A stretch of DNA of 64,000 nt from Candidatus Kaiserbacteria bacterium (GTDB lineage Bacteria; Patescibacteriota; Minisyncoccia; Phycocordibacterales; JABAAK01), in assembly GCA_026713605.1 (NCBI GenBank), contig JAPOOC010000008.1, positions 16,889 through 80,888 of the forward strand, given 5' to 3'. The notes beneath the pieces are model-generated. The model ran no database searches. It was given only the letters and a program-made list of their open reading frames with translations, and was not told the origin of the DNA. Positions 30,816 to 40,324 of the stretch are shown one piece after another; position 1 is the stretch's first letter; every line of letters begins with the position of its first letter. The translations under genes and the position numbers were made by a program.

Positions 30816-31937
30816 TTACTCTAATAAGGTTTGTGGAATTTCAACCAAAGGTTTCATGCCCAACTTTTTTGCGAAGAATTGGTCTGTGCAATAGAAAAAT
30901 GCGTTGAGGATGTTTTCGCATTCATATCTATCTTGCAGTGCTTGCTCCACCTTATCCTCTATTTCCATAGTGCCTTTGGGCAGAGAAAGGGCATTCTCCG
31001 CTTTTTTGATGTGTCTGGCAATACTCTTTTTATCAAGACGGGTTTTGTGTTGTACCGTTCTCAAAGATTTGGCGAGCTGTCCGATAATATATTTGCTGAA
31101 TTGCAAATTTTTAACTGCATGGTCTGTTTGGGAGTGAGTTTTATCTATAAGATTAGGAATTAAGTTACCAGGGAGGGCGAGGTAGAGAAGTGGGATGTTT
31201 GCTATGGACTCCATGGGTACGTATATTCCCTTTTCTTCGTCGAATGCAACTCCATAGAACTCACTGGGTCCCTCTTCGTTGTGCTGTATGATTTCTCTGA
31301 GTTTCTTTTCTTCTATTTCAACCTCCCCTCTTTTTGTTTTGCTTGTTTTAGTTGTTACATCAACACCGCAAAGCGGGAAGTCACCGTCTATTGAAAAATC
31401 AATGCCGTGGTAGACGTCGTCGTATGGTGCGGCTATTCGAACGACCATGTCCTGTGGTATGAATTGGAGTAGATGGTTGTAAACATCTTTTTCTTTGGTG
31501 GAAAACCGGTACTTTTTGTAGAATTCTTTGATATTATCTATTTCATCAAGAAAGTATTCAGTTGTTTTTAGCAGGTTAATCGGGATAATTTTTTCAAGAT
31601 ATTCAGAGTTTTTCCAGTATTCCGTTTTTCCTTCTTTCTGTTTTACCATATTAGCGTACTGTCGATGTTTTTCGATGGTGTCGGTTCCGTATCGTTCGGT
31701 GTACCGGTCCATATCAGTTGCCCCGTCTTCAAGAGATGACAGGATGCCATACTTTTTTAGTGTTTTGCTATACTGAAGTATCGCATGCATTACCTGTTGT
31801 TCTCGTTTGCGTTTTTTCTCCACCCTATACTCCTCTTGTTCTGTGAGAAATTTTTCTTGCTTCCTGGGTGCAGGGGGGGGTATGGGTGGTGGGTATCGCC
31901 CTGGCACTGGTTCTATTCCTCGGTTCATGTTCGGCAT
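30816..31937 (-). CDS. Hypothetical protein, possible PD-(D/E)xK-like fold
   Basis: SEYLE..YDDVYHGIDF..GVDVT..NIPLLYLAL. Confidence 0.8.
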   Translation of the reverse strand: MPNMNRGIEPVPGRYPPPIPPPAPRKQEKFLTEQEEYRVEKKRKREQQVMHAILQYSKTLKKYGILSSLEDGATDMDRYTERYGTDTIEKHRQYANMVKQKEGKTEYWKNSEYLEKIIPINLLKTTEYFLDEIDNIKEFYKKYRFSTKEKDVYNHLLQFIPQDMVVRIAAPYDDVYHGIDFSIDGDFPLCGVDVTTKTSKTKRGEVEIEEKKLREIIQHNEEGPSEFYGVAFDEEKGIYVPMESIANIPLLYLALPGNLIPNLIDKTHSQTDHAVKNLQFSKYIIGQLAKSLRTVQHKTRLDKKSIARHIKKAENALSLPKGTMEIEDKVEQALQDRYECENILNAFFYCTDQFFAKKLGMKPLVEIPQTLLE

Positions 31938-32002
31938 AGTATTCACAGTGTACCTCATTTATTTGGGTACCGTGGTATGAGTGTGTAAGGCGTGATGTAT
32001 CC

Positions 32003-32188
32003 CTAATCTTTGCACATCTTCAGCAGTGTCAGAGAGGCCGCGAGAAGCACAAAGATAACATACGGGTCAATGTAGTTCCACAGTGCTGGATCGCCACCGA
32101 TTGGACCGTTCCAGTATTGATTCCACAATACCAATCCGGCACCGATGAGGGAGAGGACTGCGATAACAAGATGCAATGTTTTGTTCAT
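32003..32188 (-). CDS. Small two-TM membrane protein
   Basis: Hydrophobic 61 aa. Confidence 0.6.
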   Translation of the reverse strand: MNKTLHLVIAVLSLIGAGLVLWNQYWNGPIGGDPALWNYIDPYVIFVLLAASLTLLKMCKD

Positions 32189-32269
32189 AGTATTTTGTAA
32201 GGAGTGAGTAAAAATATAGTACAACGGCTATATTTATACAAAGTATATCAGGAAAAAATACCGTGTTAG

Positions 32270-32343
32270 TGCTGACGGGTGGATTTGAACCACCGACCTT
32301 AGGTTTATGAGTCCTACGCTCTAACCGACTGAGCTACGCCAGC
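32270..32343 (-). tRNA. tRNA(CAT), elongator Met or Ile2
   Basis: GCTGGCG/CGTCAGC; TAGGA-CTCATAA-ACCTA; GGTGG-TTCAAAT-CCACC. Confidence 0.9.
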
Positions 32344-32548
32344 GATAGTGGTATAGTACCACACACCGTTTCAAAAAAATAAGCAGGTATACTGCAGGCG
32401 TGTGGGATATATACATGGTATATATGTACGAGATGTGTGTCTGTTTATTTGTACGGGTACTCACTCCGCGGGTATATGCGCACGGTATATACCAGCTCAT
32501 TCGCTGCACAAACAAAAAACTTTGTTTTTTGATTTGTCTACTCATTCC

Positions 32549-32619
32549 GCGGGTATAGTTTAGTGGTATGACGCGGCCTTCCCAAGGCCGAAACGGGAGT
32601 TCGATTCTCCCTACCCGCA
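32549..32619 (+). tRNA. tRNA-Gly(CCC)
   Basis: GCGGGTA/TACCCGC; CGGCC-TTCCCAA-GGCCG. Confidence 0.95.
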
Positions 32620-32755
32620 CTTACCGGGAGTCCTTGTTTTTCATGGGAAGGAATATTCCTATGCGCAGATTTCCCTTGCTGAGTTCTCATGCCCACTTGT
32701 TACTGCTTTTTTCTTGTGTAAGAGGGGTTTATTTTAACGGTATACTGAATAGTAT

Positions 32756-33727
32756 ATGGAAGAGGGTATTATGCAGAATGCAACAAGTAGTCCGCTGTCG
32801 GTGTTTTGGTTGTCGGTGGATAAAATTGATCCAAACCCATTTCAGCCGAGAAAAGAATTTGCGGATGATAAATTGCAGGATTTGGCGCAGTCAATTCGGC
32901 GGTATGGTGTGTTGCAGCCGTTGGTGGTGACAAAGAAAGAGGCGATTGCCGATACTGGTGATATGTCTGCGCGTTACGAGTTGATTGCGGGGGAGCGACG
33001 ACTGCGTGCGTCAAAAATTGCCGGATTGTCTGAAGTGCCGGCGGTTATCCGTGTTGATGTGACGGAGGATAATGTTCGACTTGAGCTGGCGATGATAGAG
33101 AACTTACAACGGGACGATTTGAATCCGATTGATCGTGCTCGTGCGTTCAAGCGACTGATTGAAGAATTTAGTATGACGCACACTGAGGTAGCGCAACGAA
33201 TGAGTCGTAGTAGGGAATACATTTCAAACAGTTTGCGTCTGTTGACGCTGCCAGAGGATATGATCCAGGCGGTAACTGATAGGAGGATATCAGAAGGGCA
33301 TACCCGACCGCTTTTGATGTTGGTTGAAACTCCTGATGACCAACGGGCACTGTTCGATGAGATTGTGCATCGCAAAATAACCGTGCGGGATTCAGAGCTC
33401 ATTGCGCGTCGCCAGGCGAAAAATCGTGCTCGGAAAATAGCCCATGATCCGTATGTGCAGCGGGCGCAGTCAGTATTAGAAGGTTTTCTGGAGACGCGTG
33501 TGCATATTCGCTCGCAAGGAGAAACCGGCGGCAAAATTGTTATTGACTATTTTTCTGGAGAGGATTTGGAGAGTATTGTTGGTAAATTGCAGCATGCGCC
33601 TGGGGCGGAGCAGATAGGTAGTGTTGCGGACACATCTGTAGCGGTATCTCTTGAAGATGGGGATATGGTTGGTGAGCCAGAAGATGTTGAGGACGAAATG
33701 TATAACTTTAAGAACTTTTCTTTATAG
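32756..33727 (+). CDS. parB: Chromosome partitioning protein ParB/Spo0J
   Basis: PNPFQPRK, GVLQPL, IAGERRLRA, IENLQRDDLN, HTH. Confidence 0.95.
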   Translation: MEEGIMQNATSSPLSVFWLSVDKIDPNPFQPRKEFADDKLQDLAQSIRRYGVLQPLVVTKKEAIADTGDMSARYELIAGERRLRASKIAGLSEVPAVIRVDVTEDNVRLELAMIENLQRDDLNPIDRARAFKRLIEEFSMTHTEVAQRMSRSREYISNSLRLLTLPEDMIQAVTDRRISEGHTRPLLMLVETPDDQRALFDEIVHRKITVRDSELIARRQAKNRARKIAHDPYVQRAQSVLEGFLETRVHIRSQGETGGKIVIDYFSGEDLESIVGKLQHAPGAEQIGSVADTSVAVSLEDGDMVGEPEDVEDEMYNFKNFSL

Positions 33728-35195
33728 CATTGCGGATGCGAGCGCGAGCTTCGGATGTTTTGACCCAGTCAAGCCATTTTTTATTCACGGTTGTTTTTTT
33801 GCCGGTTTTGATATTAACGATGTCACCGTTTTGTAGTTCGTGGCGGAGAGAAACATACTTACCATTGACAAAGGCACCTTCAGCATGCTTGCCGATGTCA
33901 CCGTGAATTGCAAACGCAAAATCAACCGGTGTCGCTTTTTGTGGCAGATCAACCACTTCGCCTTTTGGAGTGAAAATAAACATTCGCTCCTGCAGGAAGT
34001 CCGCTTGCATGGTGCCCATAAAATCTGGATCCTCAACTGTTTCTCGTTGCATTGCAGCAATGCGCTCTGCCCACGGCACCTGCTTTTCACCTTTTTTATT
34101 GGCGAGCAGTTTGTCGAACCACTCCAATTCTAAACTTACCGTTCCGTGCCGCTTACCTTTATACTCAAAATGCGCGGCAACACCGAACTGTGCGTGTTGG
34201 TACATGTCGTGTGTCAGTATCTGCACTTCAAGGATGTGCTTGTCTATGAGGATTCGGGTGTGGAGTGCTTGATACCCGTTTGGTTTCGGTAGTGAAATGT
34301 AATCCTTGAATGCGCCGGGAATGGATCGCCATTCTGCGTGTAGTATCCCCAGCACATTGTATGCGTCGGGTATGGTGTGTACCAGTATCCGTAGTGCCGT
34401 CAAATCTTGTATTTGCTCCAGCGCGTATTTTTTATGTCGCATTTTCATGGCGGTGCTGTACACACTCTTAATGCGGGAAGAGATGGTCGCGGTAGTAATG
34501 TCCATGGCAACAAGCACCTTTTTTACCTTCTTTTCTATGGCAGCCATTGAGATTGAGCCGATAGTGGTGTCGATCTCTTTCTTCAGGGTGGTGTAGGTAG
34601 TTGGATCGAGGTGTTTGAAGGCAAGTTCTTCCAGTTCTGTTTTAATCATTCCCATACCGAGTCGATCTGCTATCGGTGCATAGACCTGTTGGGTCTCTTT
34701 GGCGATGCGCTTTTGCTTGGTTTTCGGCACTGCCTCAAGGGTGCGCATATTGTGCAGTCGATCCATCAATTTGATAATAATAACCCGAATATCTTTTGAG
34801 GTTGCAACGAGGAGTTTCTGTAGTGATTTCACCCGTGCATCAAGCCCTTGGTACCGCACCTTACCAAGATGGCTGACTCCGTCCACGAAGAATGCTACTT
34901 TTTTACCGAACATTTTTTCCAACTCCTTTATGGTTGTGTCGGTGTCCTCAATGGTATCGTGCAACATGCCGGCGGTGATAACTTCCGCGGCCATACCAAT
35001 CTCCGCAAGCAGTCGACCGACTTCTAATGGGTGTGTGTAGTACGGTTCCCCCGAGTATCGTGTTTGTCCTTGATGTTTTTCTTGTGCAAATGTGCATGCC
35101 TGCTCAATCATTTTTCTTTCTCTGGCAGTACACTTCTGCTGCATAGCAGCGATAATGTCTTTTGCGGTGATATACTGTTTCTGTTTTTGGGGCAT
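33708..35195 (-). CDS. RelA/SpoT family protein (HD + synthetase + TGS, no ACT)
   Basis: RYSGEPY..HP, LHDTIEDT, DRLHNMRTL, PKPNGYQALH, FTPKG..PVDFAF. Confidence 0.95.
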   Translation of the reverse strand: MPQKQKQYITAKDIIAAMQQKCTARERKMIEQACTFAQEKHQGQTRYSGEPYYTHPLEVGRLLAEIGMAAEVITAGMLHDTIEDTDTTIKELEKMFGKKVAFFVDGVSHLGKVRYQGLDARVKSLQKLLVATSKDIRVIIIKLMDRLHNMRTLEAVPKTKQKRIAKETQQVYAPIADRLGMGMIKTELEELAFKHLDPTTYTTLKKEIDTTIGSISMAAIEKKVKKVLVAMDITTATISSRIKSVYSTAMKMRHKKYALEQIQDLTALRILVHTIPDAYNVLGILHAEWRSIPGAFKDYISLPKPNGYQALHTRILIDKHILEVQILTHDMYQHAQFGVAAHFEYKGKRHGTVSLELEWFDKLLANKKGEKQVPWAERIAAMQRETVEDPDFMGTMQADFLQERMFIFTPKGEVVDLPQKATPVDFAFAIHGDIGKHAEGAFVNGKYVSLRHELQNGDIVNIKTGKKTTVNKKWLDWVKTSEARARIRNAIKKSS

Positions 35196-35269
35196 ATGCT
35201 ATTACTATATATCGTATTTCTATAGCGGCGGTATGCATGGTAATTGGGTGCTACGAATTGTGTTGCCGA

Positions 35270-35536
35270 TTAAAAAACTTGCGACCTGTCGCCTTGCGGT
35301 GGTGCTTGTCGTCCCTGCTTTGGCTCAAATTCGTTTAGCTCAAGATAATATTTACCTTCTCGGGACTTTTTAATATCCACATTGATAAATCCGTTTTCCT
35401 TTTGTTTTTGTTGCTGAATCCATGCAACTGCTTTCTCAACCTGTATGCCTAATGACCCTACAACGAAATCAGGTGCATTTTCGTTTCTGCTAAAAAACAA
35501 TCCGTCCGCAAATTTTTTCTCACTGTTATTTTCCAT
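35270..35536 (-). CDS. Small protein resembling phage-type ssDNA-binding proteins
   Basis: FADGL..NAPDFV.G.L...INVDIKKSREGKYY; tail ending in F. Confidence 0.65.
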   Translation of the reverse strand: MENNSEKKFADGLFFSRNENAPDFVVGSLGIQVEKAVAWIQQQKQKENGFINVDIKKSREGKYYLELNEFEPKQGRQAPPQGDRSQVF

Positions 35537-35613
35537 ATAGCAACACTATACCACAAAGTTACCGTAGTGAGAGTTTTGTATACTGCTGATGCGGGTGATG
35601 ATGGTTTTTGGTG

Positions 35614-35684
35614 CGGACTGTAGCATAGTGGTAGTGTGCACGCATGGGGTGCGTGTGGTCCGGGTTCGATTCCCGGCAGTCCGA
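35614..35684 (+). tRNA. tRNA-Pro(GGG)
   Basis: CGGACTG/CAGTCCG; CACGC-ATGGGGT-GCGTG. Confidence 0.93.
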
Positions 35685-35697
35685 CTTGGGTGGGATG

Positions 35698-35770
35698 GGG
35701 CTGTTAGCTCAGCTGGTAGAGCGCTCGCATGGCATGCGAGAGGTCAGCGGTTCGATTCCGCTACAGTCCA
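35698..35770 (+). tRNA. tRNA-Ala(GGC)
   Basis: G3-U70 pair; CTCGC-ATGGCAT-GCGAG. Confidence 0.95.
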
Positions 35771-35830
35771 CCGGATAGCAAACTGTACGAATCGGTATAT
35801 CGTTTGGGGGATGTCGTATAGTATAGGTAT

Positions 35831-36304
35831 ATGGAGGAAAAGGCGACTTTTGCAGCGGGGTGTTTTTGGGGGGTGGAGGATCGGTTTATGAAACTGCCCG
35901 GGGTACTGAAGACCCGGGTGGGGTACACTGGCGGTACGGTGAAAAAGCCAACCTACGAGATGGTGTGTGGTGGTGGCACTGGACATAAGGAGGCGGTTGA
36001 GGTGGTGTTTGATCCTGGGCAGCTATCTTATGAGAAGTTGCTACACGCATTCTGGGAAATGCACGATCCGACAACTGCCAATCGGCAGGGGCTTGATGTT
36101 GGCGAGCAGTATCACTCCGTTATTTTTTATCATACCGATGAGCAGAAAGATGCGGCGGAGAAATCAAAGCAGTCGTTGCAGGAATTGGGGGTGTACAAAT
36201 CACCAATTATGACAGATGTTGTACCGGCTGGGGAGTTTCATGAGGCAGAGGGGTATCATCAAAAGTATGTGCAGAAGCACGGGGCTGGGTCGTGTCCGGC
36301 GTAG
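35831..36304 (+). CDS. msrA: Peptide-methionine (S)-S-oxide reductase
   Basis: FAAGCFWGVE, HDPT, QYHSVIF, AEGYHQKY. Confidence 0.97.
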   Translation: MEEKATFAAGCFWGVEDRFMKLPGVLKTRVGYTGGTVKKPTYEMVCGGGTGHKEAVEVVFDPGQLSYEKLLHAFWEMHDPTTANRQGLDVGEQYHSVIFYHTDEQKDAAEKSKQSLQELGVYKSPIMTDVVPAGEFHEAEGYHQKYVQKHGAGSCPA

Positions 36305-39300
36305 TGTCTGGTGCCTGCTGTGTAGGTAGTGGTGTGGGGTTTTCTATTTGGTCTATGCGGAGTGTTGTTTCATTGTTGCGGAATGAGGTGCTGCCGCGAA
36401 TTTTGATAGGGCGATAGAGGGCAAGGAGGTCGTCAAATTCTTCTGCTTCTCTGGGGAAACAAGCGGCTTCTATTTTATTATTGTCGTCATCCTCAAGGGT
36501 GAGAAAGTACATTCGTTCACCAGATTTGTTCCTAAATGGTTTGAGCCCAGCAATAACAGCGGTGGTAAGTACTTTGCTGTTTTCTTCTTTGCGCAGGATG
36601 TCTCGCAGGTGCAACCCTTCTCGTTGGCACAAATCAAGTGGGTGTCCGGAGACATACACGCCGAGGAGTTCTTTTTCCCAGTAGAGCTCTTGTGCTTTGT
36701 TGACCGGTGACTTGGCAGGTTGCAATTCTAGTGAAACATTTGCTGTTGCATCAAAGAGGGCATGCTGCTGCTCGCCTGTTCGAGTGTCCTTCGTGCATTC
36801 CAAAAGTAATTCTATGTTCTCCAGTAGTACATCGCGTTTTTCAAACATGTCTAATACACCGGTTTTGATGAGTGCCTCCAAACTGCGCTTATTGATGACA
36901 TTGTATGGGCCGATGCGCGTGAAGAAATCTTCCAATGCTGTATACTTGCCGTTCTTTTCCCGTTCTGAGACGATCGCTTCTGCGGCAGCGGTACCGACCT
37001 GCTTAATGGTTTCTAGTCCGATGCGAATAGATTCTTTGTCATCTTTGCCTTTCTCGGTGCTGAATGAGACGCTGGAGCTATTGAGCTCCGGTGCCTGTAC
37101 CTCTAGTTCGATGCGTTTCGCCTCGTATACCAACTCTGCCACATTTTCTGTTTCCCCGGCGACGGCGGTGAGGTGTGCTGTCATATATTGTGCCGGATAG
37201 TGTGCTTTCATATATGCCGTTTGGTAGGCAACTTTTGCATAGCTCATTGCGTGTGCTTTGTTGAAGCCATATCCTTTGAATGGATCAAACAGATCCCATA
37301 TCTTGTTTGCTTGTGCGTCTGACAGTCCACTCCTCTTTTTTACACGCTCTTTAAATACCTTTTCTTGTTCTGCCATGAGTTCAGGGATTTTTTTGCCGAC
37401 CGCTTTTCTGAAGACATCAACTTCTTTCCAGTCGTATCCGGCAAGCTCAATAGCGGTGTATAGGAGGTCGTCTTGGTACACCAGCACGCCGTATGAATTT
37501 TTGAGATACGATTCCATCTTTGGGTGAATGTAGGAGATGGGCTTCTTGCCTTGCTTTCGGGCGATGTACTCATCTATGTTGCCCATTGGTCCTGGTCGAT
37601 AGAGTGCGACAATTGCGGCGATGTCGTACATAGAGGTTGGTTTCATCCGCTTTAGTACAGAAGTCATCCCGCTTCCGCCGAGTTGGAATACCCCGATGGT
37701 GTAGCCATCACCGATTAGTTTGTATGTCTTTTTATCGTCAAGCGGAATCTTTTCAACATCAATGGCAATACCTTTGTCTTGCTGTGTCAATTCTATAGCG
37801 CCGGCGAGAATGGCAAGGTTGGTGAGTCCGAGGATGTCAAACTTGAGCAGTCCTGCATCTTCTACGGCATGCATATCGTACTGTGTGATAGGGCGATCGG
37901 TTACTCCCTTTGGGTCGCGTTCAAGCGGGGTATAGGCGACTGCGGTGGTGGGGGAGATAACTACGCCGGCGGCGTGTACTGAGATGTGTCGGGCGTTTCC
38001 TTCTATTTTTTTTGCGACGCGGATGATGTGTTGCACGGTTTCATCGTTGTTGTGCAGGTCGCGCAATTCTTTTTCCGTCTCAAGAGCAGTGTCTATGTAC
38101 ATTGGTGCGCCCTGTGCTCCGGGTGGGATGAGTTTTGCAATACGGTCACCGGTCATGTATGAATAGCCGAGTGCGCGGGCAGTGTCACGAACTGCTGCCC
38201 GCGCCATCATCGTCCCTAGTGTGCCGATTTGCGCCACCTTCTCTTTGCCGAAGCAATTTAGGATGTAGTCAATAACCTCATTCCGGCGGTTGTCAGCGAT
38301 GTCCATATCAATATCTGGTGGGGATGGACGGAATGGATTGAGGAAGCGTTCAAATGGCAGCTGATATTCTAACGGGTTGACATTTGTAATGCCTGCTAAA
38401 TACGATACTAGTGATCCGGCAGCAGAACCTCGTGTCGTGGTGATGATGCCGTTGCTGTGCATGTGCTTGATGAGGTCAATCACTGAGAGGAAGTAGTCGG
38501 TGTACCCGCGTTCGGTAATTACGCCGAGTTCAAAATCAATTCGTTCTTCCGCTTCTGATGTTCTTTGTAATTCGCGACGATCGAAACCTTGTTCCACATG
38601 CTCACGGAGTATCTCTGCGTGGTCGCGGGTGTCATTACCGATTGGTGGGTTGGGGAAGACCCAGTTACCGAGCTCTAGTTCCCAGTTGATGCTTTGTATC
38701 AGATCGGAAAGTGTTTGGAGTGCTTCGGGGCAGACCGTTTTGCACCACGCTTCAATACTGTTGCGGTTAGGAAAAAGAAGGGGGTCTTCAAATACTTCTT
38801 CTTCGAGATTGGAGCGGGTGGTGCGTTGAATGCGGAGCAGGACATCTCGCGCCTCTTTATCACTTTCCTCCAGCAGGTAAATTAAGGGGGCAGGAATAAT
38901 GTTGACTTTATGTTCTCGGGCTAGTGCGACTAAGGTCTCTGTTGGTGCAGTAACAGCAGTGCCGTCTTTTGGTGTTGGGTTTTGTGGTGAGATGCCGATA
39001 CAAAGATTTTGTCCGAATATATTTTTATAGGTAGTAAGGTGTGTTGTTGCCGCTGCGGCATCTTGCTGTATGAGTGATTGTTGTACTGGATTGTTCAGGG
39101 CGGGGAGTAGGGCAATGATGCCGTCTTTGCGGTTGCTAATTTGTTCTAACGAGAGTGCAGGTGTTTTTCCTTCTTCGAAGTGTGCTTGCGTGATTAGCTC
39201 TAGTATGTTGTGGTACCCCTGCTTGTTTTGTGCGAGTAGCACGATGGGCGAGACCTGTTCTGCGTCGGCACTGCGGACACCCAGCGTGACTCCCAGAATC

Positions 39301-39479
39301 GGACGGATGTCCGCCTCTTGCGCTTTTTTATAGAATTCAATTGCGCCGTAAAGATTGTGGGTGTCAGTCAGTGCGATTGCGTCACACCCTGTTGCTTTTG
39401 CCCGCTCCAATAGTGCCGGTACTTTTGCCACTCCCCGCAACAACGAATAGTGACTATGCGTGTTGAGGTAGCCAAACAT
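36207..39479 (-). CDS. dnaE: DNA polymerase III alpha subunit
   Basis: HSHYSLL PHP domain, RGSAAGSLV, PDIDMD, KFDILGL, YGFNKAHA. Confidence 0.98.
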   Translation of the reverse strand: MFGYLNTHSHYSLLRGVAKVPALLERAKATGCDAIALTDTHNLYGAIEFYKKAQEADIRPILGVTLGVRSADAEQVSPIVLLAQNKQGYHNILELITQAHFEEGKTPALSLEQISNRKDGIIALLPALNNPVQQSLIQQDAAAATTHLTTYKNIFGQNLCIGISPQNPTPKDGTAVTAPTETLVALAREHKVNIIPAPLIYLLEESDKEARDVLLRIQRTTRSNLEEEVFEDPLLFPNRNSIEAWCKTVCPEALQTLSDLIQSINWELELGNWVFPNPPIGNDTRDHAEILREHVEQGFDRRELQRTSEAEERIDFELGVITERGYTDYFLSVIDLIKHMHSNGIITTTRGSAAGSLVSYLAGITNVNPLEYQLPFERFLNPFRPSPPDIDMDIADNRRNEVIDYILNCFGKEKVAQIGTLGTMMARAAVRDTARALGYSYMTGDRIAKLIPPGAQGAPMYIDTALETEKELRDLHNNDETVQHIIRVAKKIEGNARHISVHAAGVVISPTTAVAYTPLERDPKGVTDRPITQYDMHAVEDAGLLKFDILGLTNLAILAGAIELTQQDKGIAIDVEKIPLDDKKTYKLIGDGYTIGVFQLGGSGMTSVLKRMKPTSMYDIAAIVALYRPGPMGNIDEYIARKQGKKPISYIHPKMESYLKNSYGVLVYQDDLLYTAIELAGYDWKEVDVFRKAVGKKIPELMAEQEKVFKERVKKRSGLSDAQANKIWDLFDPFKGYGFNKAHAMSYAKVAYQTAYMKAHYPAQYMTAHLTAVAGETENVAELVYEAKRIELEVQAPELNSSSVSFSTEKGKDDKESIRIGLETIKQVGTAAAEAIVSEREKNGKYTALEDFFTRIGPYNVINKRSLEALIKTGVLDMFEKRDVLLENIELLLECTKDTRTGEQQHALFDATANVSLELQPAKSPVNKAQELYWEKELLGVYVSGHPLDLCQREGLHLRDILRKEENSKVLTTAVIAGLKPFRNKSGERMYFLTLEDDDNNKIEAACFPREAEEFDDLLALYRPIKIRGSTSFRNNETTLRIDQIENPTPLPTQQAPDTTPDTTQPRASAHTFDDTPLPHETPQPVQHLS

Positions 39480-39622
39480 TACTGTATAGTGTAGCAGTTT
39501 TTTTGTTGGAAAGTATTTTTTCTTGCGTACAAAGTACTTGACCATTTACCCATAATGTTTTCTAAAAAAATGTTGATAAAAGTTGCATGCGGCGGTTTCG
39601 GCATGGTGTAGAATAGAAGTAT

Positions 39623-40216
39623 ATGAAAGGATGCGTTGGGATAGATGAGGTGGGGCGAGGACCGTTGGCTGGTCCGGTGACGGTGTGTGCGGTACAGTGG
39701 TTGGATGACGCGTTGCCGGAGAAAGTACTGTCTGGTATTCGTGACTCTAAAAAACTTTCGCAGAAGAAGCGGCAGGAGTGGTTGATCCGTGCGATAGGCA
39801 CTATGGAGCGAGATAGTTTTCACTGCACTGTGTTTTCAGTTTCTGCCGGAGAGATAGACGCATGCGGTATCATTCCTGCACTCCACACCGCCTCAACTGA
39901 AGCGCTTCTCAAATTGCAGGACCACACGCCGATACACCATGTGTATGCCGACTACGGTTTGCCGGTGCCAGAGGAGTATGATGCAACGCACATTATAAAG
40001 GGGGATGAAAAAAATCCTCTCATCTCGCTTGCCTCAATTATCGCGAAAGAATCTCGCGATGATGCGATGTGTAAACTCAGTGAACAGTTTCCTGTGTATG
40101 GCTTTGAACGACACAAGGGGTACGCTACTAAACATCACCGGGAGATGATCAAAGAGCATGGACCGAGTCCTATTCACCGACGCAGTTTTTTGAGAAATGT
40201 GCTCGGAACGGCATAG
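39623..40216 (+). CDS. rnhB: Ribonuclease HII
   Basis: GIDEVGRGPLAGPV, DSKKL, ASIIAK, HKGY. Confidence 0.97.
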   Translation: MKGCVGIDEVGRGPLAGPVTVCAVQWLDDALPEKVLSGIRDSKKLSQKKRQEWLIRAIGTMERDSFHCTVFSVSAGEIDACGIIPALHTASTEALLKLQDHTPIHHVYADYGLPVPEEYDATHIIKGDEKNPLISLASIIAKESRDDAMCKLSEQFPVYGFERHKGYATKHHREMIKEHGPSPIHRRSFLRNVLGTA

Positions 40217-40268
40217 GTAACTGTTCGTTTTGAGCGGTGTAGGACGGCGTAGTGTTGCGATATTGTTT

Positions 40269-40321
40269 TTATCCACACACATTGACTTGCTCTGCTCTGC
40301 GTGGGTACCTTGTGGTATCAT
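40269..40321 (+). promoter_or_regulatory. DnaA box plus sigma70-type promoter
   Basis: TTATCCACA 40269-40277; TTGACT 40282-40287; TGTGG-TATCAT 40311-40321. Confidence 0.6.
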
Positions 40322-40324
40322 AAG

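Noticed and set aside
27881-33727. parA-parB pair or replication origin
   Set aside because: The ATPase is CooC-like and 4 kb from parB; DnaA boxes are isolated and the G/T strand bias does not switch here
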